A stretch of DNA of 64,000 nucleotides from Candidatus Eiseniibacteriota bacterium (GCA_963762255.1 CAVXKA010000001.1:64001-128000); one strand, 5' to 3'; counted from the first letter of the stretch, positions 45,265-54,617 are shown. Notes: a model not told the origin generated them from the sequence alone. Program-made: numbers and translations.

Positions 45265-48200
45265 GTGCCCGGTTCCCGGCTGCTCCTCCTCACGGCGATC
45301 CTGTCCGCGCTCGCGTCGCCCGGATTCGCTGCGATCGCGCCCGCGCTCGCGCTGGGGCTCGCGGCGACCCCACCTGCGGAGATCCTCCCCCCACCGGTCG
45401 TCTCGATGGGTCAGCCCCATCTCATTCAACTGCACTGGAGCCCGCTTGCCGGCTACAACTGGGATGCGGAGCAGCGAGTCAGCCGGCTCACGCTCTCGGT
45501 CGGGGGGGAGCCGCGCATCCCACAGTTCGGCCTCGTGCAGACGAGCTTCGCGGGGTTCGCGGGAGAGCGGGGAGGCGACTTCGACTGCGGGCTCGCCGCC
45601 TATCTCAAGATCCCGTGGGTGCACGCGGGGCTCGAGTTCAGCATCCCCGACGAGGATCTCATCGCCACCTTCGCCGCCGAGTTCGGACTGCGTCGCAGCG
45701 GACTTCTTCACCGCGGCGACGCCGTACGAATCGACTACCGTCCGTGGAAGCGGGAAGTCCTGGTGGGCCTCACCCTGGTCGAGCCACTGCGGCGCTACCG
45801 CCGCACACGCCCGCTCGCCATGCACGTGGCGCTCCCCGAGGGCGAGATCCCCCGCGCGGTGAAGCCGATCCGCAAGGAAGGTCTTCCCCGCGATCTCGAG
45901 GAGTCGCTCCAGCGGCTCGATCACCACATCGTCTGGATCGACCGCCTCCTCACCCCGCATTTCCAACCGGGCGGCGAATTCGCAGAGAGCGCCGAGTTCT
46001 ACCGCGCGCACGTGCGCGACGCCGGCCACTCCTTCGCCGACGAGGACGCCGGCTACCATGAGGAGTTGGAACGAGCGTTCACCATCGCCGCCGGCGCAGA
46101 CACCGCGGCGGGGCGGGAGCTGGCCCTGCGCGCGGAGACGATCCTCCTCGACCGCGTCCTCGTCCCCTTCAACCACTGCTTCGCCCAGATCAAGAAGCCG
46201 GCGAACATCGAGGGCTACGCGCGGCAAGGACTGCAGGAATTCGAGCGTGTTCTGATCGAGCGCTTCGGGGCTGAGCCGATTGGGAACGAGGGGCTCGACC
46301 CTGCCGAGCCCTCCGGCCGCCGCGAACTCTGCCGTGAAGTCTTCCGCCGCACGCTGGACGCGATCGACCGCGTGGCCCGGGCCACGCGCAAGCGGTGGGA
46401 CCAGAAATTCATCTTCATCTTCCCCGAATTCCGGCTGGTCTGGCTGCCGCTCAACTACGGCGTGCGGCCCGGCCAGGTCGACACCCAGGAGGAGTGGGAC
46501 GAGTTGGTCGAGCGCCTCACCGGCCGCGCCTTCACCGACTGCAACACGATCGAGTACCTGGTGAACGAGCAGTTCCACCTGCGTCTCAAGGCCATGGTGC
46601 GCGCCACCGAGACCTACCACGTCCTCCACATCCATGACGTGCGGGGGCTCTATGAGCGGAAACTCACCGACCGGATAGGCTGGGATCTCGTGATGGACGG
46701 CTATCTGCGGGCCTTCACGGACGCCGTGGGCGCCATCGATCGCGGCGAGCGCCGGCGTCTTCCCCAGTTCCTCCTCTTCCTTGACGAGAACTTCTACTCC
46801 GACAACCGCTCGCGCGGGATCGTCACCTTTCTGGAGAACCTGTACGCGCCCGAGGAACCCGAGTCGATAGACGAGCCTACGATGAAGACGGTGCTGCGCG
46901 CCCAACGTACGTTGCGGGCGGCCATCGAGGCGTCCCCCACCTTCGGCAAACTCTCCGAGCGCGAACTGCGGCGCCTCTTCAAAGTCCACGTCAACATCAC
47001 CCACCCGTTCGATCTCACCTTCGGTGGCGACGCGCCCCTGCGCGATCACCGCAAGGTCGCGTTCCGGGACGTGGTCGAGGACGATCCGAGCTCCGGTGAA
47101 GCGATCGCCACCGGCCAGGGCGTGGGTGAGCACTACAACGGCACCGGGTGGGACGACCGTAGCATCGTCGTTCGCGGGCCGGCGTTGGTGGCGTTCAAGA
47201 CCGGCGTGCGGGAGCTGTTCCTGAGCCAAGGATACGAAGAGAAGGACGTTCCCGAGTGCCTACGCGCACTGCCCGTTTCACCGGATTACGAGGAGCGGTG
47301 CGAGGCGCTGCGTGTGGCCGGATGGACGACCCCGGTCTCGGTGGTCATGAACCGGGTCGGTTACGGCGAGAAGATCGCCACCGTGCTCAAGGCCATGCAG
47401 TACAACCTGGCCCCGCCGGGCAGCACGATCCTCACCTTCGATTCCCTCTGGATCAGCGACTACTGGGCGGGAATGCTGACGGCGGCGGCCATGCGCGGGG
47501 TCGGCGTGTATGTCGTGGCGCCGACCGTGGGAAACGCCCCGAGCAGCGCCATCCCCACCATGGTCCTCTTGCGCGAGAACATGAGCCGTCTCTTCGAAGC
47601 GTCGCAGGTCTTCGCCGAGGAGATCGCCGCCGCGGACGGCTCGTTGAACGTCGGGCTCTACGCCACCAGGATCCCGGTGAGCGATCTGCGCGGACGCCTC
47701 GAGAGCGCGGTCGCTTGCTGGGAAGGCGATCCGCGGATGAAGGCGCGCTTCGGCCTGGACGCGGCCGTGCTGGACACGCTGCGCACACTCGCGGCGGCGT
47801 GGCCGCTCGAGCCGGCCCCCGAAGATACTCCGCGGGTGGTCGTCATTCCCATTCGCCAGGACCACAAACCGTTTCTCCACATGAAGACGCAGCTCCTGGC
47901 CGATGCGAGCGCCATGCGGGCGGTCCGGCGGCCGGAGTGGGCACACGTGATGGAGGAGCACCTTCGCATTCGCGCGCGCCAAGTCGCGGGATGTCTGGAT
48001 CCAGGGATCACGCCACGACTGCTTCCCGACAGCGGGCCGAACGCGGGTGTCGCCATGCTCCTGATCGGTTCTCAGAACCAGGACCGGCGCGGCATGATGA
48101 TGGACGGCGAGGTCACGGTGGCGATCTCGGGGCCGCACGCTCTCGTCGCGCTCCCCGACCTCATGCTCATTCTCGGCAACGCCACCTGGCCGCGGGACCG

Positions 48201-48285
48201 GGACGAGTTCACCCGGACGTTCCCCGAGGTCAAGGCTCCGGGGTTCCTCAAACGCGCCTTCCGCTACATCAAGGATCAGATCTGA
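45265..48285 (+). CDS. Large secreted phospholipase D-superfamily protein (1006 aa)
   Basis: Signal-peptide-like N-terminus; exact HxKxxxxD (HRKVAFRD); second HMK motif; C-terminal LIGSQNQDRRGMMMDGEV resembling the PLD GSxNxD..E segment. Confidence 0.7.
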   Translation: MPGSRLLLLTAILSALASPGFAAIAPALALGLAATPPAEILPPPVVSMGQPHLIQLHWSPLAGYNWDAEQRVSRLTLSVGGEPRIPQFGLVQTSFAGFAGERGGDFDCGLAAYLKIPWVHAGLEFSIPDEDLIATFAAEFGLRRSGLLHRGDAVRIDYRPWKREVLVGLTLVEPLRRYRRTRPLAMHVALPEGEIPRAVKPIRKEGLPRDLEESLQRLDHHIVWIDRLLTPHFQPGGEFAESAEFYRAHVRDAGHSFADEDAGYHEELERAFTIAAGADTAAGRELALRAETILLDRVLVPFNHCFAQIKKPANIEGYARQGLQEFERVLIERFGAEPIGNEGLDPAEPSGRRELCREVFRRTLDAIDRVARATRKRWDQKFIFIFPEFRLVWLPLNYGVRPGQVDTQEEWDELVERLTGRAFTDCNTIEYLVNEQFHLRLKAMVRATETYHVLHIHDVRGLYERKLTDRIGWDLVMDGYLRAFTDAVGAIDRGERRRLPQFLLFLDENFYSDNRSRGIVTFLENLYAPEEPESIDEPTMKTVLRAQRTLRAAIEASPTFGKLSERELRRLFKVHVNITHPFDLTFGGDAPLRDHRKVAFRDVVEDDPSSGEAIATGQGVGEHYNGTGWDDRSIVVRGPALVAFKTGVRELFLSQGYEEKDVPECLRALPVSPDYEERCEALRVAGWTTPVSVVMNRVGYGEKIATVLKAMQYNLAPPGSTILTFDSLWISDYWAGMLTAAAMRGVGVYVVAPTVGNAPSSAIPTMVLLRENMSRLFEASQVFAEEIAAADGSLNVGLYATRIPVSDLRGRLESAVACWEGDPRMKARFGLDAAVLDTLRTLAAAWPLEPAPEDTPRVVVIPIRQDHKPFLHMKTQLLADASAMRAVRRPEWAHVMEEHLRIRARQVAGCLDPGITPRLLPDSGPNAGVAMLLIGSQNQDRRGMMMDGEVTVAISGPHALVALPDLMLILGNATWPRDRDEFTRTFPEVKAPGFLKRAFRYIKDQI

Positions 48286-48320
48286 GGCGACGGCCGCAGC
48301 GCACGTCCCGCACGGCGGCC

Positions 48321-50024
48321 CTACAGGCTCGGGTTCAGGATGATCTTGCGCATCTCCTCGGCGCACACACGGCAGAACAGCCAGCTGAGGCTCCGCATGC
48401 AACAGCGGGCCTGACCGCGGAAGAAGTCCTTGCCGAGACAGTTTGTGTAGCGGTCTTCGTTGGTCCACTCCAGATTGTCGACGTTGGTGTCCTTCGGCAG
48501 GAACTGAGCGCCCCAGAAGAGACCCAGCCACCCGGGATCCTCGCTGGGGGAGAGGGTTTTCTTGTTGTATCGAATATCACAGTTGCTCGGCCCCTGGCAG
48601 TCGATGATGTGCGCGAACCCACCGGCGGACGTGCGTTCCTCCGTCGTGGTCAGGCCCTTCCACCAGACCTGATCCCTGTTTCCCCGGCTGACTTCGTTCG
48701 CGTGTTCGGTATAGCCGTCCCACGCGATCTTCCCCGTGTACTCCTCCACGATATCCCCGATGACGTGGGCCGACTCGTGGGCGGCGAGCTGTGCCAGCCA
48801 TACCTCGTGCAGGGGCACGAACGCGATCCGCTGTTCGTGGAAGGCGCTTCCCCCATATACGGGCGCGTTGACCAGCACGATGAAGAGCTGGATCTGGTCG
48901 GCGGGCGCGAAGTCCTCTGCCGCCCGGTAGACACGTCCGGGATCGGGGATACCGAGATACCCCGGATAAGACGACCCGCCTCCGCAGGGGGGCCAGCATC
49001 CCTCGACCTCGTAGTACGTCTGCTTGAGCGGCCAGGCGTAGGACGGCTCGCAGCTCCCCACGGCGCCGCATCGATAGACACCGGATGAGTGCGAGACGGC
49101 GCGGATGAGGTGGATGTTGATCTGATCCCGAAGTGCCTCGAACGGGGGCATCGACATGAGCTTATCGGCAACGTACCGAGCCCTCTGGTCGAACTTCTGC
49201 ATCTCACAGTGTTCGAACCCGTCCCCGGTGATGACGATGTTGAAGTGCGTGGCGGGATCCCCGCGATTCTGGATCGTCTCCTGGCTGTCGATCCAGCCGT
49301 TCGCGAGCAAAGGAGGATCATCCCAGCCCAGTTCGGGCAGATCCAGGAGGTGCTCGACGAAGAGAAGGAACGCCTTGAGAAGACCGAAGATCGGCAGCGG
49401 GAAGCCGGTCGGAGGAAATGGAGGAAGCGGCGGGAGCGGAGGCTTGCCCAGGCGGTAGAGCCCCAGCGCCTCGACGGCGAGCCGGACCCTTCCGAACTCG
49501 CCGTCCGTCACCAAGGCGTCCGCGGGCAGCGTGTGCTTCCCTGCGGGGCCGACCGCATCGACGCGCGTCCGCGCGAAGAGAAGGTAGGCGGCGTTCCGAG
49601 GAATGGGAAGGTGTAGCAGGCGATCGTCGAACCGAGGCGGCACCATGCCGCCACCCAGCGCTCCTGTCTTTTCGTCCACGATGACGTCTCCGAAGTAGCG
49701 GGGACGCGATGACCAGGCGTAGACCGCCAAAGGCCGCCGCCGGGCGTCATAGAGGGCGGCGATGACCTCTCCCGTCGAGGGCGGCACCTCGCCGAGGTTA
49801 TTGATCCCGAGCCTCATGGGGCGAAGCTCGCGTTGTGGCGGACGGATCGTGCCGCGGGCGAGCTTCAGGATCGGCGGCCGATTGCCGTCGAAACGCACGA
49901 GCATCGCCATGCTCTTGCCGGACCAAGCCGGTGGCTTCCTGCCGCGACGCGGCGGCCGGATTCGGGAGGGGGCCGACTTCGAGCGGGAACCCGTGGCACG
50001 AGTCGAACGCTTCCGGGCGGTCAT
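48321..50024 (-). CDS. M64 family (IgA peptidase-like) zinc metallopeptidase with basic N-terminal extension
   Basis: FNIVITGDGF, PFEALRDQINI, YGGS, zinc motif HESAH..EEY, C-terminal CCMRS..FCRVC; ATGA overlap with the radical SAM stop. Confidence 0.85.
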   Translation of the reverse strand: MTARKRSTRATGSRSKSAPSRIRPPRRGRKPPAWSGKSMAMLVRFDGNRPPILKLARGTIRPPQRELRPMRLGINNLGEVPPSTGEVIAALYDARRRPLAVYAWSSRPRYFGDVIVDEKTGALGGGMVPPRFDDRLLHLPIPRNAAYLLFARTRVDAVGPAGKHTLPADALVTDGEFGRVRLAVEALGLYRLGKPPLPPLPPFPPTGFPLPIFGLLKAFLLFVEHLLDLPELGWDDPPLLANGWIDSQETIQNRGDPATHFNIVITGDGFEHCEMQKFDQRARYVADKLMSMPPFEALRDQINIHLIRAVSHSSGVYRCGAVGSCEPSYAWPLKQTYYEVEGCWPPCGGGSSYPGYLGIPDPGRVYRAAEDFAPADQIQLFIVLVNAPVYGGSAFHEQRIAFVPLHEVWLAQLAAHESAHVIGDIVEEYTGKIAWDGYTEHANEVSRGNRDQVWWKGLTTTEERTSAGGFAHIIDCQGPSNCDIRYNKKTLSPSEDPGWLGLFWGAQFLPKDTNVDNLEWTNEDRYTNCLGKDFFRGQARCCMRSLSWLFCRVCAEEMRKIILNPSL

Positions 50025-51307
50025 GGCTCTACTCCTTCTCGTCGCGGGCGGCCCGCGCCCGCGACCTGTCGCTGAAATTCCTCGCGGGCCGCGAGCGAGA
50101 TGCGATTGTAGGCGCAGTGGAAATCTGGAATCCGATGAGGATCGCGGTTGCCGGAGATGTGGCCGATCGCGATCGGGCAGACCGAGCAGTCGTGCAGGTA
50201 ACGACACTCGGCGCAAAGACCATAGGAAGAGTGTTTCTTCTCGCGCTGGTTGAACATGTCGATGGCCACGACCGCGTCGGGAAGCGAGGCGAGACGAGCC
50301 ATGAACCCTGCGGAGCCGATATTCCCCAGCCGGAGCGGCCCCAGCCGGGGCTGCAGAAGATCCCCTGGAAATTCCTGAAGTGACTCGAGCCACGTGGGGC
50401 AGCCTGCGACTTCACCGTCGGGGGCCACGGTGATTTCCTCGCCGTGGCCCGCGCCGCACATGGCGCGCCCGTTCGAATCCTGAACCCGCCCAGACCCGTT
50501 GCTTGCGTGGTTGCCGTTCCGCAGGGCCCGCGCCTTCGAGGAAGACCGGAACCCAGCGAAGGGGATTTCTCCGCTCACGCCGTGGAGTCCAACGCTCAGG
50601 TCGACAATCCGCTCGAACTGAACCCCGAGCTTCCGGTACCCCACCGCCGACCAGTCCGGGTTCGCTGCGATGACCGGAGAGACCGTGATCCTGCGCACGC
50701 CCCTGCCGGTGAGGTAGTGGATCGCATCGGCCAGGCCGCCGACCGCACTTGGCGTGAGGGTGATGCCGACGGTGAGACTCCGACGCAGGAACGCCGGCTG
50801 ATCCCGCCTCAACTCCTCGAGCCGGCGATCGAGCACGGCGAACGTGCCTCGGCCGCGAAGGGTCTGCGCGGTCGGCGTTCCATCGAAGCTCAGGAGCACC
50901 TCGAATCCAGCGCCGACAAGATACGAGGCCACTTCGGGACGCAGGAGGGTGCCGTTGGTGATGAGTGCCGGTCGGAACGACTTCCCATTCGATCGCACGC
51001 GTCGCGCGTACTCGACCGCGCGTCGGATCAACGGCAGCTCGAGCAACGGTTCACCGCCGGAGAAGAGCAGCCGCACGTCGTCCGCCCGCGAGGCGGCGGC
51101 CAGGTCCACCGCCTCGCGCAACGTCTCCCAGCTCATGCGGCGCGCCGGTTTGCGGTTCTGATAGCAGTACGAGCACCGCAAGTTGCACCGGCCCGTGAGC
51201 ACCAGATGCACCTTTCGCAGGTCCCTAGCCGGCGCGTTTGAGGACGCGAAACGAGGGCGGCGCTGACCGGCGCGAATGCCGGCTTCCGCTCCGCCGCGGC
51301 CTCTCAT
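50021..51307 (-). CDS. Radical SAM / SPASM-domain peptide maturase-like enzyme
   Basis: CNLRCSYC, FSGGEPLL, ITNGTLL and SFDG; SPASM cysteines CGAG..GCP..CAECRYLHDCSVCP..FHC; RBS gaggag overlaps the upstream stop. Confidence 0.92.
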   Translation of the reverse strand: MRGRGGAEAGIRAGQRRPRFASSNAPARDLRKVHLVLTGRCNLRCSYCYQNRKPARRMSWETLREAVDLAAASRADDVRLLFSGGEPLLELPLIRRAVEYARRVRSNGKSFRPALITNGTLLRPEVASYLVGAGFEVLLSFDGTPTAQTLRGRGTFAVLDRRLEELRRDQPAFLRRSLTVGITLTPSAVGGLADAIHYLTGRGVRRITVSPVIAANPDWSAVGYRKLGVQFERIVDLSVGLHGVSGEIPFAGFRSSSKARALRNGNHASNGSGRVQDSNGRAMCGAGHGEEITVAPDGEVAGCPTWLESLQEFPGDLLQPRLGPLRLGNIGSAGFMARLASLPDAVVAIDMFNQREKKHSSYGLCAECRYLHDCSVCPIAIGHISGNRDPHRIPDFHCAYNRISLAAREEFQRQVAGAGRPRREGVEP

Positions 51308-51314
51308 GCGCTCC

Positions 51315-51656
51315 TCAGGCCTCGGGCTCAGGCGGCGGACAGCCGTAGTCCAATCCCGGTCCACCGTCAGCAGGAGGAGGCGGTGGTGGACAGCCGTAGT
51401 CGAGAACCTGGGGCACGCCCCCGGGACTCTGCGCCGTGCTCGCGGGCAGCACGATCCTCATGGTGGGGGGGAGGAGCAGCAGGATCTCGCGCAAGGAGCG
51501 GCACCAGTTCTCGATCCCATAGAGCGCGTCCGTGATCTGCTTGATCGTCACCACGCCGCCCAGGGGCTTCAGTCGCTTGACGGCCTTCTTCTTGGTCGCC
51601 TTCTTCTTTGCGGTCTTCTTCACCACCTTCTTCTTTGTCGTCTTCTTCTTCGCCAT
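51315..51656 (-). CDS. Putative RiPP precursor (113 aa): Lys-rich N-terminus, helical middle, two LDYGCPPP cores
   Basis: RBS gaggag; MAKKKTTKKKVVKKTAKKKATKKKAVKR...VLDYGCPPPPPPADGGPGLDYGCPPPEPEA; 14-bp DNA repeat ggacagccgtagtc at 51337 and 51388. Confidence 0.75.
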   Translation of the reverse strand: MAKKKTTKKKVVKKTAKKKATKKKAVKRLKPLGGVVTIKQITDALYGIENWCRSLREILLLLPPTMRIVLPASTAQSPGGVPQVLDYGCPPPPPPADGGPGLDYGCPPPEPEA

Positions 51657-51708
51657 CGTTCTCTCCTCTCGCCGCGATGCGTCGCGGCACGGTTGCGCCG
51701 AAGGGCGC

Positions 51709-54384
51709 CTATCGGCGCTCGCTCGTCGCGTCGAGCACCCAGATATCTCCGTCCTTGGCCTCCCGGCACCAGACGATGAGCCGTCCGTCCCGGGTGACAT
51801 CGAAGAAACCGGCGGGATCCCTTCGCCCAAAGGCGATCTCGGGCTCGATCGATCGGATGGATCCGTCCTCCAGGGAAATCCGCTTCAGCGTCAGAGCCGG
51901 AGAGCCCCAGGTGCCGCTCACGAGGAGGACGCGACCTCCGGGCTCCCAACGAACGCGACTCGCGTGTGCGCCCTTCGTCACGGCGCGTGGAACCGCGTCG
52001 GGGGCGGCGGCAACGATGTAGACGTCGGCCGCCCCCTCAATGCTCTTCGTGTACGCGATCTGCGTACCGTCCGGCGACCAGGAAGGGGCTTGCGCGGCCG
52101 GCCCTGAGGCGGCTATCTCAAACGGGGCTCCCCGCGGTTCACCGTCGGTTACGCGCTCGATCCAGAGGCGAGCGCTTCCACCCCGTTCGGAGGAATATGC
52201 GATCTGCGTCCCGTCCGGGGACCATGCGGGATGGACGTCGGGTCCGGGCTCGCGGGTGAACTGCCGAGGCAACCCGCCCCCGATGGGGAGCATCCAAATG
52301 TCGCGCTCGTCGTCGAGGATCCGGTAGTAGGCGATCCACTTGCCGTCGGGCGAAACGACCGGATGCGATGCGGAGCCGGGGTGTTCTGTGAGCCGGCGCG
52401 GGTCTCCCTGCGGGCGCCCGTCGAGAAGGGGCTGAAGCCACAGGTCGAGCTGCGGTCCCCAGCGGTCGGAAACGAAGACGAGTCCATCTCCTGCAGGCGT
52501 GAATGCCGGCATCCAGTCGTGACGAAAGCCCGGCAAGACCGTATCGCGCCCGCTCGGCACGTCGCGCACGACCATGCGGTACTCGACTTCCTCGGTGCAG
52601 TACGCGAGCCGCGTGCCGGCGCCGGAGAGGCTGGGATGGGTCTCCGACGCGTTGCCCAGCGTGACTCGCTCGGGCTTCCCTCCCGATGCGGCGACTTGCC
52701 ATATAGCAAGATTGCCGCTGCGATAGGACGAAAAGTAGATCGTGCGACCGTCGGTCGACCACACGGGCTCCTGATCCACGTCGCTGCCGGACAGGATCCT
52801 CCGCGGCCGGCCACCGCTCGACGGCACCTGCCACAGCCCGTCAGAGGATGCGTAGCAAATGTGCTTCCCGTCCGGGGACCACGCCGGCTGTCGCTGACCC
52901 CACAGGCCGAAGCCGGGCCCGGTGAGATCAACCGCCTCGGCCGCATCGTCCATCGGAGCCACGAAGACCCGAGTCGATCCCGAGGAGTCCTCGCGCGCGA
53001 ATGCCAACCGCTTGCCGTCCGGCGAAGCAGCGGGATCGCTCGCGTTTTCTGCAACGAGTACGGCGGGACCACCCATCTGCCCGGTCTTCCAAACCCCGTC
53101 CGAGCCGAGACGGTCGGAGACGAACAGCACGGCACTGCCGTCGGGGAGCCACGTCGGGCTGAAGTCGGAGGCTGGATCGTTGGTCAGAGCAATGGGACTC
53201 CCGCCGTTCACCCCGATCGCGTACACCTCCAGGTTGCCCGATATATCCGAGACGTAGGTCACTCTCCCGCCGTCCGGCGAGAGTGCGGGTTCGCTCTCCC
53301 AAGCCTCGGAGCTGGTGACCTGGATGGGCTGCGCGCGTGCGAATGGTGGCAAAGCGGTCCGGCCGGGAATGATGCGCAAGAGGGTGAACGCCGCGACGAC
53401 AAGCAGAATGGCTCCGGCGGCGGCGAGGCCGATGCGCCGCAGTTGGTGCGGCCTCGGCATCGGGAACTGAGGGTGCGTCTCCGAGTACTCCCTGAATTCA
53501 AGCTGCTTGTGAACCGCTCGCAGGTCGGTGAGCAGATCGCGCGCGCTCTGGTAGCGCTCGTCCGGCCGCTTGGCCAGACACTTGCGGATGATCCGCTCCA
53601 ACTCATCCGGAACCTCGTAGGTGTGCTTCCCGATCGGTTCGGGCTCGCGGTTGAGGATCTCCCCCACCAGCTCGCCCTGGCTCGTGGAGTGGAAGGCGGG
53701 CGCCCCCGTGCACATTTCGTAGAGCACCGCACCCAGGGCGAAGATGTCGGTGCGGGCATCCGTCGGGCGGCCCAGAACCTGCTCCGGCGCCATGTAGCGC
53801 GGCGTTCCCACGACCGCTCCAGTCGAGGTCAGGCCAACGCTCTCGGTGGAAGTACTCGCGTCGGCCTCCCCCGTCATCAACGTACGCGCGAGCCCGAAAT
53901 CGGTGAGAAGCGCGCGACCGCTGGCGTCGATCAGGATGTTCTTGGGATTCACGTCGCGATGGATGACGCCGTGCTCGTGGGCGGCGTGCAACGCCGACGC
54001 CAGCTCGACCGCATGCGCCAGCACGGTCGTGCAGAGGAGCTTCCCGCCTTGTGCGAGACGGTCGCGCAGGCTCACTCCCTCGACGAGTTGGAAGACGATC
54101 CAGGGAACGCCGTTCTCTTCGAAGGCCTCGAGGACCGCGACGATGTTCGGGTGGGAGACGCGAGAGGCCGCCTTTCCTTCGCGCAGGAACCGGCGGCGAA
54201 GCTCCATCGAGCCAAGCAACTCCGGGAGAGGGCGCTTGAGAGCAACGTCCCGGCTGAGGTTCAAATCACGCGCCTGAAACACGATGCCCATACCGCCACG
54301 GCCGATTTCGTTCACGATTTCGTAGTGGCGGACGCGCTCGCCTGGGACAGGGCTATGCGGGAGTGCTTCCCGGTCGTCGGGCAT
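51709..54384 (-). CDS. Membrane Ser/Thr protein kinase with extracytoplasmic TolB-like (PD40) beta-propellers
   Basis: IGRGGMG, VALK, HRDVNPKN, DFGLA and GTPRYMAPEQ; one TM helix; repeated PAWSPDG motifs. Confidence 0.93.
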   Translation of the reverse strand: MPDDREALPHSPVPGERVRHYEIVNEIGRGGMGIVFQARDLNLSRDVALKRPLPELLGSMELRRRFLREGKAASRVSHPNIVAVLEAFEENGVPWIVFQLVEGVSLRDRLAQGGKLLCTTVLAHAVELASALHAAHEHGVIHRDVNPKNILIDASGRALLTDFGLARTLMTGEADASTSTESVGLTSTGAVVGTPRYMAPEQVLGRPTDARTDIFALGAVLYEMCTGAPAFHSTSQGELVGEILNREPEPIGKHTYEVPDELERIIRKCLAKRPDERYQSARDLLTDLRAVHKQLEFREYSETHPQFPMPRPHQLRRIGLAAAGAILLVVAAFTLLRIIPGRTALPPFARAQPIQVTSSEAWESEPALSPDGGRVTYVSDISGNLEVYAIGVNGGSPIALTNDPASDFSPTWLPDGSAVLFVSDRLGSDGVWKTGQMGGPAVLVAENASDPAASPDGKRLAFAREDSSGSTRVFVAPMDDAAEAVDLTGPGFGLWGQRQPAWSPDGKHICYASSDGLWQVPSSGGRPRRILSGSDVDQEPVWSTDGRTIYFSSYRSGNLAIWQVAASGGKPERVTLGNASETHPSLSGAGTRLAYCTEEVEYRMVVRDVPSGRDTVLPGFRHDWMPAFTPAGDGLVFVSDRWGPQLDLWLQPLLDGRPQGDPRRLTEHPGSASHPVVSPDGKWIAYYRILDDERDIWMLPIGGGLPRQFTREPGPDVHPAWSPDGTQIAYSSERGGSARLWIERVTDGEPRGAPFEIAASGPAAQAPSWSPDGTQIAYTKSIEGAADVYIVAAAPDAVPRAVTKGAHASRVRWEPGGRVLLVSGTWGSPALTLKRISLEDGSIRSIEPEIAFGRRDPAGFFDVTRDGRLIVWCREAKDGDIWVLDATSERR

Positions 54385-54617
54385 GGGCGGTAGGCCTCGC
54401 TTGTCCTGGGCCGCTCGTGGGGGACTTGAATCGAATTATATGGCAAGAAATGTGAAAAGACAATTCAAGGGGGGGGCGGGAGGTCGGGCCGGGGGGCGGG
54501 GGCCGAGGGGCGGGTGCACGGGTCCGGGGGCGGAGGCGGGGGTCCGGGGGCGGGGGAGCCTGGGAGTTCGCCGGATCCGCTCCAAAGAGCAACGCGGCCT
54601 GCCGCGACCGGCCCGCC

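Noticed and set aside
50025-50393. Longer 690-aa version of the M64 peptidase
   Set aside because: It would overlap the rSAM SPASM domain out of frame; the ATGA overlap and RBS support the start at 50024.
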